Positions 62,617-64,000 of a DNA stretch of 64,000 nucleotides are shown here, piece by piece. Origin of the DNA: Narcine bancroftii. Lineage: Eukaryota. A model generated the notes under the pieces. That model saw only the letters and a program-made list of their open reading frames with translations, did no database searches and had not been told where the DNA came from. The position numbers and the translations under genes are program-made. Within the stretch, counting starts at the first letter, position 1; every line of letters starts with the position of its first letter. The stretch spans positions 205,220,001-205,284,000 of the forward strand of contig NC_091473.1 of assembly GCF_036971445.1 (NCBI RefSeq). Direction: 5' to 3'.

Positions 62617-63400
62617 AATGCTAGGACAGCCTTGTGCAGATAAATGCTGTGATGTCTTTTTCTAGTGACAGCTCACGGCCTTGCAGGAGCACCTTCCGCA
62701 TACTATCATCACAAATGCTAGAGACCATACTGGTTTTAGTTACTTACAAAGAATGCCGGACTCGCAGCGTTTTGCCCTGATTTTCAAATCGCCGATATCT
62801 GAGTGTATCGACTTGCTAGGCTTTTGATATCTTATGTTAGATTTGTGCTTTTCCATTGTCATATTTTTCTGACGGTTGGACATTTCTCTAAATTTATGAT
62901 TTAAACATTCGGAGTCCTTTGTTGACTCACCCGGAGGGGGAAAGGTTTCCATCACGCATTTCACTCACATTTACAAATGATCTTTCCTTTTCAATGACAA
63001 AATTTACGCTGTGGTGCTAACAGGAATGCCACAGTGTGCTTCCACTATAAATATGTCATATTTCTGTTCACAAACTGTGCCAGTTGTTTGCCACTGTTCA
63101 ATCAAACGCGACTGGGCTGAGCCTTCTGAATCCGTCCGCCATCATGCTGACTGTGCAAAACGTGGTTGTGGTTATTCACTGCGGCTATGATTGGAAGTTT
63201 TCAGGCTTGGGACACTTTTGTTCCCACTATTTTCGTTATTGAATGATTAAAAACGAGTCCAGTCGGCTTGTGAGGCAAACCAGACATAAGGCTTTACTGA
63301 ACACAACCAAATGTGCTGGACATGCTCTCACACGCGCAGTGTACTGTTGCGAATACCGTGGCTGCAATGAGATTTCATTGAGTGCAGAGCAAAAGATGGC
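62617..63400 (-). mobile_element. 5' part of the Gypsy element (gag N-terminus and possible LTR remnant)
   Basis: ESTKDSECLNHKFREM..KNMTMEKHK..QKPSKSI..LKIRAKRCESG resembles Gypsy gag (ERHKF..Q.PGESI..L...AK.CEFG). Confidence 0.65.
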
Positions 63401-64000
63401 CTAGTCTCCATCTGAGGTGTGCCTGCCTTCTGCTACATCCAGCATCCTAGACATGAGCTGAGATATTTACTAAAATAATAAGCACTGGGGTGAAGACAAG
63501 TCTTTGAGTTTCCGGGACCGGTTTCTTCTGCTTATCAGAAATTAAGTTGTCCGTTTCCTCCAACTTCCTTGTCTCTGCGCCATGTAGCCATCTTGACGAT
63601 GAAGTGTTTGTGGTTTTGGGTCAGGAACCTGCATTAATTATCAGAAAATTGAAGGGGGAGTGTTGACATAAAGAGGTGAATGGATTTGGTGGGACATGGT
63701 GTTATGGCTCTTGGGTATTCTATGTGAGTGCACTATGCGGATTGCAGCTCACATCAAAAGTGTTTCACACCTTATTTCAACACACTTTGCCCAAAGTACC
63801 AACGTCAACTTTCTCTTCACCAAACTCCTGCCATGCAGAGTTTTATGCAGTTTTCTGTGGGGTCATTGCTCTAGAATAAAGGATGAGCTGCATGTTTTTA
63901 CAAGCGCCTTACTTATTGGGTCCAATCCAAGGCTCGAATTAATTATTTCCGTCTGAAATTGCGGCAACTTACCCAATATAAATATGTCCGATTTTTAAAG

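Noticed and set aside
1-64000. CRISPR arrays, tRNA/rRNA genes, prokaryotic operons
   Set aside because: None seen; the sequence is intron-containing, retroelement-rich vertebrate DNA.

Overview
Eukaryotic vertebrate DNA, most consistent with a cartilaginous fish (ray/skate-like repeat landscape). Bases 1-23,700 are an array of T-cell-receptor alpha/delta-like variable (V) gene segments, each with a leader exon, intron, V exon and a 3' RSS with a ~23-nt spacer. The array is a ~10.2-kb unit duplicated in tandem (1-10218, 10219-20263) plus a partial, more diverged third copy. I count 16 V segments. Three look potentially functional (6937-7610, 9085-9952, 17158-17841); the rest are pseudogenes. 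The most striking structure is that every family-A V exon is preceded by two paralogous 46-nt leader exons. The distal one always keeps its ATG and GT donor and sits behind a conserved inverted-CCAAT promoter dyad, while the proximal one has been disabled by different lesions in different lineages. The array ends at an inverted (palindromic) duplication of a promoter-leader module. The remaining ~40 kb is mostly nested retroelements: a full-length L1 containing a near-intact RTE LINE, a second decayed RTE inside an older L1, two inverted LTR-like copies, and a Gypsy element holding a CR1 inside a CR1. Several heavily decayed V relics are scattered among them. No convincing D, J or C segments were found. 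All alignments and identities were judged by eye.
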